Source: Octopus bimaculoides
Taxonomy: Eukaryota
Length of the DNA stretch: 51,258 bases
Reading direction: 5' to 3'
Assembly (NCBI RefSeq): GCF_001194135.2
Contig: NC_068997.1
Span: 33,588,505-33,639,762 of the forward strand
A model generated the notes under the pieces. It had not been told where the DNA came from and searched no databases. It was given only the letters and a program-made list of their open reading frames with translations. Positions 36,575 to 50,029 of this stretch are shown here, in pieces. Position 1 is the first letter of the stretch. Each line of letters begins with the position of its first letter. A program made the translations under genes and the position numbers.

Positions 36575-37103
36575 GTAAGGATTAGCTAATCCCTTTCTCT
36601 TTCTTTTTTGACTGTGTTTGTTCCTGAAATTAATGGCCCAGGGTGAATGGTGAGAAGCAAATAGAGAAGAACTGATGCTTTTGTCATAAGTGGGTTCATA
36701 TGAAGAGTTATTGCTGTAAACATGTGAATGCTAACAATTCATATTAAACGACTATATTGGCTAATATTTTTCTGGTGTAAACTTTTATTTGTGTGTGTGT
36801 TGGAGAGAGAGAGAGAGAGAGAGTGAGAGTGAGAGTGAGAGAGAGAGAGAGAGAGTGAGAGAGTGAGAGAGTGAGAGAGAGAGAAGTGGGGAAAGTAATT
36901 AGAACACTGAAGTTTATGGCTAAAGAGTTAGCAGTTTATACTGCCACTGGCACAGAATTGTGCCTGAGGCAAAGCAACAGCAATAATGGGAACCAAAAGT
37001 TAATAACCCAGGGAATAGAATTGAAAACTAGGAGTTAACTAGTAACTTGTTGCTAAGACAACTAAATAAATTGATTTTCTTTTCAATTCTTTTCTTTCTT
37101 CAG

Positions 37104-37224
37104 CCAGAGATTACAGCAGCTGATATCCCACCTCCAGTTAAGAACAAGGAATTCCTCACTGATCTTCGACGCACTGGTATTAGTTATTCAGATGACTGCC
37201 AAGACAGACTTTTCAGAGCTCATG
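37104..37224 (+). CDS. AGPS: AGPS coding exon 4 (PEITAADIPPPVKNKEFLTDLRRTGISYSDDCQDRLFRAHG), 121 nt
   Basis: Long pyrimidine tract then CAG|, donor G|GTAAGA. Encodes the DR.FRAHG(H) motif of the FAD-binding region. Confidence 0.97.
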
Positions 37225-37474
37225 GTAAGACTTACTCCTTGAAATAGCTCACCTGAAATCATGTAGTTTACCTGCATTATTCTCATGTATACTTAGCAGA
37301 GTAGTGGCTTCCACTACAGTGCACAATAAAGAGGAAAGTATATTTATTCAATATTTCAGCTTTAACAAGCCTTTATGATTCCAAATATGTAGTGTAGATG
37401 AGTGGGGTGTTCAAATAAGCCAATGAACTATTGTTTTCTTTCGGAGTAAAGGCTTGTAAATAAATTTGGTAATG

Positions 37475-38300
37475 AAACATGGGCTGGGACCGGTGAGGAC
37501 ATGCGTAGGCTTGAAAGTAATGAAGCTAGCATGCTTCACCGGATGTGCAATGTCAATGTGCATGTATGACAGAGTGTAAGCATCTTGAGAGAAAAGTTGG
37601 GCATAAGAGGCATCAGATGTGGTGTGCAAGAGAGATAACTGTGCAGGTATGGATGAGGACAGCTGCGTAAAGAAGTGCTGATCTCTAACTGTGGCAGGAA
37701 CCTGTGGAAGAGGTAGACCCAGGAAGACATGGGACGAAGTGGTGAAGCATGATATTTGAACATTGGGCCTCACAGAGGCAATGACTAGTGACCGAGACCT
37801 TTGGTAATATGCTGTACTTGAGAAGACCTGTCAAGCCAAATGAAATTGTAGTTGTGGCTGATGCTGGTGTCACATAATTGGCACCTGTGCTGGTGGCTTG
37901 TAAAAACCACTTTTCGAGCATTGGTCAATGCCAGTGTTGTATAACTAGTACCTGTGCTGGTGTTGCACAACAAGCACCTGTGCTGGTAGGATGTAAAAAG
38001 CACTTTTGAGTGTTGGGCCTTACAGAGGCAATGACTGAGACCTTTGGCATTACGTCATGCTTGAGTAGAAGACCCGTCAAGTCAAGTGGAATCATAGTCA
38101 TGGCAGATACAGGTGTCGTGCAACTGGCACGTAAAAGTACCCATTACATTCTCCGAGTGGTTGGCATTAGGAAGGGCATTCAGCTGTAGAAACCATACCA
38201 AATCAGACTGGAGTCTGATGCAGCCCCTCACCTTACCAACCCTGGTCAAACCGTCCAACCCATACCAGCATGGACAATGGATGTTAGATGTTGATGATGT
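37475..38300 (+). mobile_element. RTE LINE 3' end with 3'UTR and GAT tail
   Basis: TWAGTGEDMRRLESNEASMLHRMCNVNVH...GRGRPRKTWDEVVKHD, followed by the conserved tail ...AACCCATACCAGCATGG...GATGATG. Confidence 0.88.
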
Positions 38301-40369
38301 CTATTTCACTCTGTGTAATTTTATTGTTTTCTTATACTTATATAACTGAAGGTATTTCTTAATCCTGTAAAATCCAGGTCTGTTGGTGGATCTGCACAAA
38401 TTTTCTCTACTCTCAAAATCAGTTGAGGATAGTTTGGTATAATTTTATGTTTTTTTTTTCAGCAGAAGGGGCAACATTTGAAGTTAACTCTGAGAATTGA
38501 TAGGATATTTTCTGCCATACTTTTATGTCTAATGACTGAAACAAGTAAAAAAGCGTCTCATAAAGCGGGATTTATATATCTTAAATTTGCAGAGGAATTT
38601 GTAGTTGGTAGTTTAGCTTAATCGGTCAAAGCATCGTGACGCGTAATCACGGGGATGTGAGTTTGAGTCCACAGCTAGCCACCTACACTTTCCTCTGCAA
38701 AATAGGGGTAGTTTATCCCGTTCAGGCTATATTATTAGCATTTTTCTGCGATTGAGAATTTAAAATCACTTCTTTAACTTTATAAAAGATAAATATATTT
38801 GAGTATAATAAACTAGAAAAATGCTTATGTAAAATACTGCAACCTTTGATAGTGCACAGGTACTAATGATATTTGTATAGACCCTATGTAAACATATGCA
38901 TAACATAACATATTAATTATGCTCTTATATATTGTGTTATTAGTTAGGCAATTCCTATTTAAAGGGTAATTAATTATTCCTATTAACACAATTATGCTCT
39001 AATACAATCAACATTTGCAGTATCAGTTTTGTTAGTTGTTGTTTTACCAACATTTTAAAATTTAATCAGTGATTTTTTGTGCAAGATGAAGAATTAATTA
39101 AAAATCATCATATCGTCGTCATCGTCGTCGTCGTCGTCATCATCATCATCATCATCATCCTTTAACCACCGTTCTCCATGCTGGCATGGGTTGTACGGTT
39201 TGACAGGTGTCAGCCAGCTAGAGACCTACCTGGTCTCCATTTTGTCTGTTTTGGCATGGTTTCTATGGTTGTGTACCCTTCCTAACATCAACCAATTTAC
39301 AGAGTGTAGGGGTGCTTTTATGTGGAACTGGCATGGGCCCTTTTACATGACACTGGTACAGGTACTTTTATGTGGCACTGGCATGGGTGCTTTTATGTGA
39401 CACCAGCACCCATGAGCCTGCAAAACTAGGGTCTCTTGGCTGAGAGAGGGATGTAAAGGACATGCATGGGCTGCCACGATTCTACTCAGCTTTACATGTC
39501 TTCTCAAGCACAGCAAACTGCCAGAAGTCTTCGTCTCTTGTTACTCATCTTTTCTGTGACACCCAAAGACTGAAGATCCTTTCTCACCCAAAGACTGAAG
39601 ATCCTTATTTTTGTTAAAGATTTCATAAAATCTATGTTTTGTTGGAAAATTCTTCTTGAGTAAACAAAAGAGGATTCTAGCTTGCAAACTTCTCATGTTA
39701 AACCATGGGTTATACTAAAAATAAGCATAGACCTATTCTTCCTAATTCTAAACTCATAATTAATGTAATGCAGATTATCTTTAAAATCCATTTTGAAACA
39801 TTTCTTCACTAAACTAGTTGATATTTTAGGGAGTGGGGGACAGTGTTATTAAGGTAATTTGGAAAGTTATTGATGTTAATTAAAAGTTGGATTTTCTATT
39901 GGGGTTAAATAATCCATTAAAGAGATTTAAGGTTACATATAAGGAATTTACTATTGGTAGATTCATGTCCCATGTTATTAAAAGACTAAGAGCTTTGGAA
40001 AAGAGAATCATCTCCTTAATCCTGTCCATAGAATGGTAGAGCACTATTAGACTGAAAACTAAAATACAGGAACTGCATCTACAGGGTGGTCTGAAAGTCT
40101 TGTCACCACCTGTAAATATTGTTTTAATTGTCTATTATTAAGGAGAGGGTTTCATAAGAGTAATACCAGAATACCCAACAGTTGAAGGATGCTGTTTTGG
40201 CAGCCTTTGCAACAATCACCAAAGCACAGCTTCGTAAAATATCACACTGGTCATGGTGCTGCATCATTTTGTGCCACGAAAATGATGGTATTCATACAGG
40301 CTTTCTCAATGTGTGATAGTGTCAGTATCAATGAAAGTGAATATACTAAAACCAGTACATGTGTTTGAT

Positions 40370-40680
40370 ATTATTATATTGTTCCTCTATTGTTATTACT
40401 TTTTGGTAAGGGGTGACAGGACTTTCGGATCACCCTATAGATATTTCTTCTAAGAACATTTCCATTAGATGAACCTATTTGAAAATTGTTTTTAAGAAAA
40501 TAGATTAATTCATTAAAAGGGTAAAATGGCAAGTCTTTTATTTTGAAAAGCAACAAGAAACTAAGAAGGAACAATAACATTTTGGATTCCTCTGCCATCT
40601 GGGATGTGGTTATGCTCTATATGTAGAATAGGGTTAGGTAGGAGCTATGTACTTTGTACCAAATGTATACTATGGACACA
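40370..40680 (-). mobile_element. Decayed Penelope-like RT fragment
   Basis: Minus-strand translation gives IGTKYIAPT (cf. PLE motif MGTK.APTYANL) and QIGSSNGNVLRRNIYR...KSCHPLPK (cf. the PLE thumb region IYRKP...SCHP). Stops and frameshifts present. Confidence 0.5.
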
Positions 40681-40767
40681 AGAAATGCTGTAGTATCGCA
40701 TGTAGGAATACCAAGAAGGACTTCAGAAGTAACAGATATACACAAGAGTAGTTAGCAATAATAACAC

Positions 40768-41170
40768 CCGACTTTTATCTTTTACTTGTCCAGTCATTAG
40801 GCTGCAGCCATGCTAGGGTACCACCATGAAAAATTTTTAGTTGAATGAGTTGATCCCAGTACTTATTTTTTTTGTTAAGCCTGGTACTTATCCTATCGGT
40901 CTCTTTTGCTGAACTGCTAAGTAACAAGGACGTAAATCACACCAACATCGATTGTCAAGCAGTGGTGGGGGACAAACATAGACACAAAGGCACACACATA
41001 TATATACGATAGGCTTCTTTCAATTTCCGTCTACCAATCCACTCACAAGATTTTATTCAACCTGAGGCTATAGTAGAAGACACTTGTCCCAGTTGTTACA
41101 CACTAGGACTGAACCTGGAACCATATAGTTGGGAAGCAAGCTTCTTACCACACAGCCACACCTGCACCTA
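40768..41170 (-). mobile_element. tRNA-derived SINE family A, near full length
   Basis: Head on the minus strand TGGCTGTGTGG...GGTTCAGTCC. Confidence 0.82.
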
Positions 41171-41480
41171 TAAAATATAAAATATATTTCTAGGAATAGA
41201 TGATAGTTTTTGTTACCTAGGTGATCTACTTAGCGGTGGAATAGTCTGCTCCAAATGCAGAGTTGGCAGAGTAGAGTAGAGTGGCAACAATAAGATTCTC
41301 TTGAAGTGAAGGGCAGATTGTAATAATGATTGTATACAATATGATGTTTTATGATAGAGGATGTGGGAACGTTAATGAAAAGGCTATACAAGCATCCATA
41401 ATGGACATAGCACTAATGCATATAAATTATGATAGATGAGTAAAGAAGTTCCAAGTAGAAGGAATCTATGGTAGAGGAAT

Positions 41481-42715
41481 CATCATCATCATCATCATCA
41501 TCATCGTTTAACGTCCGCTTTCCATGCTAGCATGGGTTGGACGATTTGACTGAGGACTGGTGAAACCGGATGGCAACACCAGGCTCCAGTCTAATTTGGC
41601 AGAGTTTCTACAGCTGGATGCCCTTCCTAACGCCAACCACTCAGAGAGTGTAGTGGGTGCTTTTACGTGTCACCCGCACGAAAACGGCCACGCTCNNNNN
41701 NNNNNNNNNNNNNNNNNNNNNNNNNNNNNNNNNNNNNNNNNNNNNNNNNNNNNNNNNNNNNNNNNNNNNNNNNNNNNNNNNNNNNNNNNNNNNNNNNNNN
41801 NNNNNNNNNNNNNNNNNNNNNNNNNNNNNNNNNNNNNNNNNNNNNNNNNNNNNNNNNNNNNNNNNNNNNNNNNNNNNNNNNNNNNNNNNNNNNNNNNNNN
41901 NNNNNNNNNNNNNNNNNNNNNNNNNNNNNNNNNNNNNNNNNNNNNNNNNNNNNNNNNNNNNNNNNNNNNNNNNNNNNNNNNNNNNNNNNNNNNNNNNNNN
42001 NNNNNNNNNNNNNNNNNNNNNNNNNNNNNNNNNNNNNNNNNNNNNNNNNNNNNNNNNNNNNNNNNNNNNNNNNNNNNNNNNNNNNNNNNNNNNNNNNNNN
42101 NNNNNNNNNNNNNNNNNNNNNNNNNNNNNNNNNNNNNNNNNNNNNNNNNNNNNNNNNNNNNNNNNNNNNNNNNNNNNNNNNNNNNNNNNNNNNNNNNNNN
42201 NNNNNNNNNNNNNNNNNNNNNNNNNNNNNNNNNNNNNNNNNNNNNNNNNNNNNNNNNNNNNNNNNNNNNNNNNNNNNNNNNNNNNNNNNNNNNNNNNNNN
42301 NNNNNNNNNNNNNNNNNNNNNNNNNNNNNNNNNNNNNNNNNNNNNNNNNNNNNNNNNNNNNNNNNNNNNNNNNNNNNNNNNNNNNNNNNNNNNNNNNNNN
42401 NNNNNNNNNNNNNNNNNNNNNNNNNNNNNNNNNNNNNNNNNNNNNNNAGTCTGCCTTTTACTCTGAGTGAGAGTCCCTTTGTCGCCAGCAGGGGTAAGAG
42501 CTCTCTAAACTTTGCCCAGGCTATTCTTATTCTAGCAGCTACACTTTCAGCGCACCCACCCCCACTACTAACTTGGTCGCCCAGATAGCGGAAGCTATCG
42601 ACTACCTCTAGTTTTTCACCCTGGAATGAGATAGAAGTTGTTTCCTGTTTGTTTACAGTCTTTATTGCACCTGAACATCTGCCACAAACAAAAACTAACT
42701 TGCTAAGGACTGCAA
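41481..42715 (-). mobile_element. Young 5'-truncated RTE LINE (partly in a gap)
   Basis: Stop-free VFVCGRCSGAI...LEVVDSFRYLGDQVSSGGGCAESVAARIRIAWAKFRELLPLL; CpG-retaining 3'UTR and (CAT)n tail at 41481-41505. Confidence 0.9.
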
Positions 42716-42831
42716 AAGCTGTGAAATGTTGTGATTGAGAAAACTCATCTCTTATGTGCAAGCATAGAAAAGTAGGTGCAAAATGAGGGTTATGATGAGG
42801 TACATACACATATATATTTATGCAGGTGCAA

Positions 42832-43315
42832 GCAGTGACTGTGTGATTAAGAAATTTGCTTCCCAACTATATAGCATTGGGTTCAATTCCACAGTGCAGT
42901 AGCTTGGACAAGTTGTCTTTTACTGTGCCAACTAAAGCCTTGTGATTGAATTTGATAGACAAAAACTAAAAGAAGCCTGTCGTATATGTGTATGTATCAT
43001 CATTTTAACAACCACTTTTCCATGTTTGCATGGGTCAATGTGTGTATGTGTGTGTGTGTGTGTGCATGTTTGTGTGTACCTTTGTCTTGACATCATATGA
43101 TGGTTGTAAACAATTGTCATCATCATATGAATGATTCCCATTGTTTCCAGTCTTCTGTGAAAACCATGTCCAGCCATGGGAAAATATTATCTTGCTTCGA
43201 AACAGGTGAGGGTTGGTGACAGGAAGGGTATCTGGTCATAGAAAATCTACCTCAACAAATTCTATCTGACCCATGTAAATATAGAAATGTGGACATTACA
43301 TGAAAACGATGATGA
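42832..43315 (+). mobile_element. tRNA-derived SINE variant ending in an RTE-like 3' tail
   Basis: Family A head (GGGTTCAATTCC), then ...GACAGGAAGGGTATCTGG...GACCCATG...GATGATGAT. Confidence 0.7.
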
Positions 43316-43369
43316 TATATTTATATGCGGGCATATGTGTGTGTGTTTGTAGAGCTATTAAGACTAGTT

Positions 43370-43810
43370 ACAGTCTGATTTGGCATGGTTTCTATGGCAG
43401 AATGCTCTTCCCAGCACCAACCACTTTACAGAGTGTGCTGGGTGCTTTTACATGGTGTCACAAAGGTGCTTTTACATGGTGTCACACGGGCACTCTTATG
43501 TGGTGTCACACAGCCACTTTTATGTGGTGTCACACTGGCACTTTTACGTGGTGCTGCAGGGCACTTTTATGTGCTGCTGCACGGTGGCTTTTATTTGTTG
43601 ATGCACAGGGGCTTTTATGTGGTATTGCACAGGTGCTTTTATGTGGCACCGCACAGGTGCTTTTATGTGGTATTGCCATGAGTGCTTTACACCACCAGAA
43701 GGATTGGTCTTAACACTTCTGCTGCAGAGTATGGGTCTTCTTGAGTACAGCAAGGTGCCAGGTATCTCAGTCCTTTGTTATCTCACCTGAAAGGTTCAGT
43801 GTCCCGAGGT
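43370..43810 (-). mobile_element. RTE 3'UTR-derived segment with an approximately 24-bp minisatellite
   Basis: About 10 diverged units of GGTGCTTTTACATGGTGTCACAAA at 43441-43690. Confidence 0.7.
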
Positions 43811-44445
43811 CATTCTTCAGTACTTCATCCTATGTCTTCCAGTGGTTTCTGAAATATCTGGGCAGATTTTCAAGCAAGCAAACAATACAAAAAACAGTCA
43901 TCTAATTGGATGGATTGAATGATGATTGAGATGGCACAATAACATTTTTACTGTTTCTTGGTATATCCTTTATGGCCATGCTCTCACTCCCTCTTCCCAG
44001 CCAGAAGTCTTTCTCTTACAGGTGCTGGTGTTGCATGAAATGCATTTGTGCCAGTACCACTTAAAATGCACTCGTGCCAGTGCCATATAAAAGCACTTAT
44101 GCTGGTAGCATATAAGGAGCACTCAGTATACTCTGTAAAGTGGTTGGTATTAGGATGGGCATCCAGCTATAGAAACCATGCCAAAACAGATAATTGGAGC
44201 CTGGTCATCTCTCTAGCTGGCCAGCTCTTGTCAAAACATTCAGCCCATGCTAGCATGGAAAGCAGACATCAAATGACGACGGCGACAACAACAACAATGA
44301 TGATAAGCTTATGTATTTAAGAGAGAGGAATACACAGTGGTCCACCTTGCTGCAGTTTGATTGTGTATTTCAATATAGAAAATACTGTCCATTACTGTAT
44401 TTATCTGTTTGTAACAACAAATACTTCAATCAATTTTAACCTTGA

Positions 44446-44646
<201 letters not shown>

Positions 44647-45018
44647 TGAAAATAATATTTAAGCCTTGGGTTGTTTCTTACTCTGTATAGGAGCCATATT
44701 TATTCAATATTCATGTGAATATTTAAGCAATATCTGTTCTTTACAATCCCAGTACCTTACAATATACCTTGCCAGCACCTTATAATATCGGTAACCTAAC
44801 AGCTTTTAATATTCATAAGTGCACATGAAATATTCTATTTTTGTTTTGTACTTTTTCTGTTTTTTTTTCTTTTCTTTCTTTTCCATTGTTTCTTAACACA
44901 GAATTACAATGATCACCATCATCCATTTTTTTTTATGTTGGCAGAGGTTGGGATAAGTTAATGCAAAAATCTGATAATGGTAAGAGGGCAATAATGTAAT
45001 AAAAGAGAAAGTACAGGA

Positions 45019-45059
<41 letters not shown>

Positions 45060-45539
45060 CATCAAATGATGTGATAGAGAGGAGAATCTATATTTGAGGA
45101 AGAGTGATGGATTGCAGTGAAATTGGGTGCAACAAAATGAGACTAAGCAGTGAGTTCAGTGAGAAATTCAACATGCAGGAAGGTGTCCAACAGGGTTTGG
45201 TTTTCAGCTCTGTAATATTTATTATGCTTATCCAGGCCATAACAAAGGATTTAACTCTTTTGCTATCACATTTCTGTTAAAATATATTGCCTTTGTTTCA
45301 ATTAATTTTGAAAATAATGAAGAATTTAATAAAATAACTTTGTCATTATTTAGCTGGTGTTTGGAACATAAATTAACATGGAATTTTGATGGGTTTTAAT
45401 TTTAATCACTTTAAAATAAGAAGTTTGTATAAAGAACCAGGGGTAGTGTCAGGTAGGTTTGTATCCTTGGAAATGCTTGTATGTCAATGACTTAATTCTC
45501 ATAGCTGAATCCATCAAAATTTTAGAGAAAAAATTCCAA

Positions 45540-46240
45540 TCATCATTATCATTGTCGTTTAAAATCTGCTTTCCATGCTGGCATGGCTTGGGTGGTTTGA
45601 CTGAGGACTGGCAAGCCAGAAGGCTGGACCAGGCTCCAATCTGATCTAGCAAAGTTTCTATTGCTAGATGCCCTTCCTAACACCAACCACTTCGAGAATG
45701 TAGTGGGTGCTTTTTACATGCCACTGGCATGAGACCCAGTCATGCGGTACTGGCATCAACCATACTTGAATGGTGTTATTTATGTGCCACTGGCACGGGA
45801 GCCAATCAGGCAGCACTGGCAATGACCACATTTGAATGGTTCTTTTTATGTGCCACCGGCATGGGACCAGTCAGCCAGCACTGGCATCAACCATGCTCGA
45901 ATGGTGCTTTTTACATACCACTGGCATGGGATCAGTCAGGTGGCACTGGCATTGACCACGCTTAAATGGTGCTTTTTACATGCCACCGGCATGGGTGCTA
46001 ATCAGGCGGTACTGTCATCGGCCACACAATAACTTCACTTGACTCAACAGGTCTTCGCAAGCTCATTTTATTGCCCAATGATTAAAGGGTACTCTTAAAT
46101 GGGCCGGTTATGCTGCACTGGTGTTGGCCATGGTTATAGTCTCACTTGGCTTGCTGGGTCTTCTCAAGCACAGCATATCTCCAAAGGTCTCGGTCACTTG
46201 TCATTGCCTCCATTTGAAGGTTGTGCTCACCACCTCGTCC
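45540..46240 (-). mobile_element. RTE LINE 3'UTR with an internal 65-66 bp tandem array
   Basis: Conserved RTE tail at 45540-45700; about 5 units of GGTGCTTTTTACATGCCACTGGCATG...GAAT at 45706-46025. Confidence 0.8.
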
Positions 46241-46902
46241 AATGTGAAGGCAAAATCAAGAAGTAAACCTAGCAAAGACAAAAGTCTTTTTTCAGGAAAG
46301 AATACAAAACTCTCCTGCTATCGTTTAAGTAATTATGCTTGATATGCAGAAAAGGAGTTAGCAGGAGTACCAAATGGTGTACACATATAAATTATGGGTG
46401 CACAAGAGGTATAATGGGATTACAAACAAGCTGAGAGAAAAGGAAGACTTCTCATGTGGCAGATGCCCATGAGTAGTTACCAGCAAGAGCACATATGAAG
46501 TTTTTTTTTGCTGCTTTTGTTGATCCCCATGATTGTGTTGCTATCCAATTCCATTATTATGAATTTGGATTGGGAGCTTGAATCATAGTGAATCTTTCAT
46601 TAACTGATTACATAACCATGGATGCCACTCCTATGGTGCATTACAGTTACTCTCTTGATAGAGCCTGGTGCTCCTGATCGTTGATCTAGGATCCCTCCAC
46701 TTAACATCAATATAAGAAGCACCATTGGCTCATTTGAGCTCCTCCACTACCTCTCCACAATCCACCATGCTGCAGTCCCATGACTTCACTATATTCCCGA
46801 CTGGATGGCTGAACAAGTGCTACGCCTTGCCAGAAGGCAGCCTGTAACTATGCAGAGCACAGTTGTCACTCCATGAGTTATTTTCAAAATAATACTCTTT
46901 TA

Positions 46903-47366
46903 CTCTTTTACTTGTTTCAGTCATTTGACTACGGCCATGCTGGAGCACCGCCTTTAGTTGAGCAAATCGACCGCAGGACTTATTCTTTTGGAAGCCTAGT
47001 ACTTATTCTATCGGTATCTTTTGCCGAACCGCTAAACACACTAGCATCGGCTGCCAAGCGATGCTGGGGGGACAAACACAGACATATACACACACATACA
47101 TACATATATATATATAATCGTCCAACCCATGCTAGCATGGAAAGCGGACGTTAAACGATGATGATGATGATGATGATGATGATATATATATATATATATA
47201 TACAACGGGCTTCTTTCAGTTTCCGTCTACCAAATCCACTCACAAGGCTTTGGTCGGCCCGAGGCTATAGTAGAAGACACTTACCCAAGGTGCCACGCAG
47301 TGGGACTGAACCCAGAACCATGTGGTTGGTAAGCAAGCTACTTACCACACAGCCACTCACGCGCCT
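46903..47366 (-). mobile_element. Young full-length tRNA-derived SINE family A with a nested RTE-tail fragment (47117-47180)
   Basis: Head AGGCGCGTGAGTGGCTGTGTGG (A-box) ... GGGTTCAGTCCC (B-box); CpGs retained. Confidence 0.9.
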
Positions 47367-47394
47367 GAAATATCTGAAATAGATTATTATAAAT

Positions 47395-47870
47395 ACTCAG
47401 TTTGCTTCCTGCAAATAGTCAACAGCTTTTGTTACCTCGGTGATCTCATTAGCAGTAGAAATGGATATTCCAGAAGTCAGAGTAAATATGTGATGGAAAA
47501 ATTTCTGAGAGCTATTGCTTTCTGCTGGTAACAAAAGGATTCTTTCTCTGAGTGGAAGGCAGGTTTTATGCTGCTTGTGTAAAGTGTGATGCTGTGTGGT
47601 AGTACAACACAGGCATTGCATGTATAGAATGAGCAAAGACTGGAATGAAATGAGGTGAGTATGCTTTGTTGGATGTGGAATGTTGCTATGCATGGATGAT
47701 GTAGCACAAATGAGCTGAGAGAAAAGCAGTGTGTTAGAAGAATCAGAGATAGTGTGTGCAAGATAGAAAGCTGCTTGAGTGTGGAGATGTGATGTGTATG
47801 GAGGATGATATTTTGTTAAAGAAGTTGCCAAGCAATCCAAATAGTAGGAACATACAGAAGTGGAAGATCA
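47395..47870 (+). mobile_element. Decayed RTE LINE fragment
   Basis: IVNSFCYLGDLISSRNG...KFLRAI; degenerate counterpart of 33940-34400. Confidence 0.75.
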
Positions 47871-48114
47871 AGGGAGACAGGAATGAATAGTGAAAGTTGG
47901 TTTCAAATTCTATATACTGTCTGCATGATGGATCTAACATTTATGCAAATTATTAAAATTTTCCAGAAATGTATTACAATTTGGTATGTTGTCTTATATC
48001 ATCTTACCTTATAGTTTGTTAGTTTTGGTATAATCTGCTTTGTCTGTTATCAGTAAGATATCAGTTTGATTTATTCTTGAGTTTAGAAAATTTAAGATTA
48101 AAATTTCTTTGCAG

Positions 48115-48186
48115 CGTGCCATAGTGATGTTGTCAAAATTGTGGAGCTGGCTTGTCAGCACAAAGTAATGATTATTCCATTTGGAG
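48115..48186 (+). CDS. AGPS: AGPS coding exon 6 (SCHSDVVKIVELACQHKVMIIPFGG), 72 nt; gene continues beyond the window
   Basis: Acceptor TTTCTTTGCAG|, donor G|GTAAGT. Matches human [25 protein letters not shown]. The next exon (GTSVS...) was not found before 51258. Confidence 0.96.
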
Positions 48187-48799
48187 GTAAGTACACTATA
48201 ATTTTCTATGTATGCTTGCTTATATTCCTCCTCTACCACCTGGTTTAATAGAGAGATTAGCACTAGATTTTTATCTTGGCTTTTGATGCCTTACATATTC
48301 CACCATCTGTGACATTCTTTGGTCTGACATAAATCCATACCTTCTGTCGTAGGCTCAGAAAATTTTCTTATAATGGCTTAAAACTACAACTTTTTAATTT
48401 AGAGTGATAATCAATCAAAATAACCACAGTACGTGACTGGTATTTATCGATCCCAGCAGGATGAAAAATAAAGCCACTTCTTGTGGGATTTCAACTTGGA
48501 ATATAGGAGGAGGAAATGGATTTAACATCAATAATGATAAATTTTATTTATCATTAAAAAGGTTACCCAAGATGGAACATTACCAAGCAGACTTATTGTG
48601 TCTAGTTGTATGTAACTTGTTTCATTAATGCAATGTGGTAGTCAAGTCTGTACATATACATAAAGAACAAAATGTATAAGCCAGATAGCTTGAATTAACA
48701 AATAATAAAACATTTATAGACTACTACAACAATGCTATGAAAATAATATATTAGAATTTCTTATTTTTACAAAGTGTGATGACTGTGGTAGTTGGTTAT

Positions 48800-48984
48800 T
48801 TAACTCTTTCGCATTCAGATTCTTCTGTCACATGTAAAACTTATTCATTCACATTATTTTAGATTAATTATGCATTATCTTGTACCTTTGAAATTTTGAT
48901 GATGTGATTGTTTGTTTTGGGAATGACATTGTAAAGTAGGTGTAAGAAGCCAGATCCAGTTGGTTTGAGCTGCTAAAGAGTTAA
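48800..48984. mobile_element. piggyBac-like MITE
   Basis: TTAA at both ends with TIRs CTCTTTCGCA / TGCTAAAGAG (1 mismatch). Related sequence starts TTAACCCTTTAGCA at 31711. Confidence 0.6.
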
Positions 48985-49229
48985 ACAATGGTCAAATAAA
49001 CAGAATAGTAGATGTTTGTAGTGACAGCTCTTGAGCTAGACAGTCAAAAGTCTATATGAAAAATATTTCAAAATCTTGTGATATCGAATTTATTTAGGAT
49101 TTCTCAGTTTTCATCTATATTTTACTTACCTTTTGTTATTCTCTGCTATTATACAAGCAAATTTTGAAGAAAGAGTGGAGCTTAGACAAACGGTGAGTCA
49201 TACCATGGACGAATCATCACATTGTAGAT

Positions 49230-49830
49230 GATCATCAGTGTTTGGAGTCCCAGTGACTGTTAGATTAATTTTATTAACTCTAAAAAGGTATTTGACAGCA
49301 TTCATCTAGAGTCTCTGTGGAGCATTGTAAAACCTAAAGGATCTCAGAGCAGTACGTCTCAATCTTTAGAAGCATTTGCTGTGTGAAGATAGACAAATGG
49401 GAAAACTTAATACTTTGACATCACTGGAGTTTTCCAGGGTTGCATCTTGTTGTCATTCCTCCTCCTATTAATTGTGGTTTCACTATGAAAAAGTAGTCTG
49501 AAACAATGAATATGGCATCCAGTGGAAAGATTAGATGACATTAATATTCAGAGTCTAGATATGAAATGGTGAGAAAACCTTACTGAAAATGAGTGCAAAG
49601 AAAACAAAATTAATTGAGATTAGTCCAAGAACAGGGGACGCCACTTTGATAGCTGAAGATCAAACTGTTGAAGGTGTAAGTCATTTTGTGTAAATGTATA
49701 ATGATGGAAATGCTGAAACTGCTGTCAAATGAAGAATCAGAAAAGCTTTAGCAGCATTTCAGTGAATGTACAAAATATATTCCATGTAAACACTGGACAT
49801 CTTAATCAAGATTCACCTGTGCAAAGCAGT
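49230..49830 (+). mobile_element. Old LINE RT remnant (RTE-like)
   Basis: INFINSKKVFDSIHLESLWSIVK (cf. FIDFKKAFDSIHRESLW.IL) and downstream RIRKALAAF. Confidence 0.65.
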
Positions 49831-50029
49831 CTATAGCTACTTTGAAAACATTGTTTAGCTTTTAATTAGGTTAGTTAATTCATACATTGATGACAATTTG
49901 ACCTCTGTTTCTTTGCACTTAGAGCTGTTAGGCAGTACATACTTGAAATGTAGATGAGCTTAAGTATATCAAATGGTTTAGTTTTCATGTAGTGTTTGTT
50001 GGAAAAAGAATTTTAATGACAAGTATGCA

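Noticed and set aside
47290-47366. tRNA genes at SINE heads (also 32520-32590 and 50548-50620)
   Set aside because: A/B boxes are present, but no complete cloverleaf or acceptor stem; each is followed by a repeat body, so these are SINE heads.
49158-49192. AG...GTGAGT mini-exon as AGPS exon 7
   Set aside because: Would encode ANFEERVELRQT rather than the expected GTSVS...; it abuts a LINE remnant.
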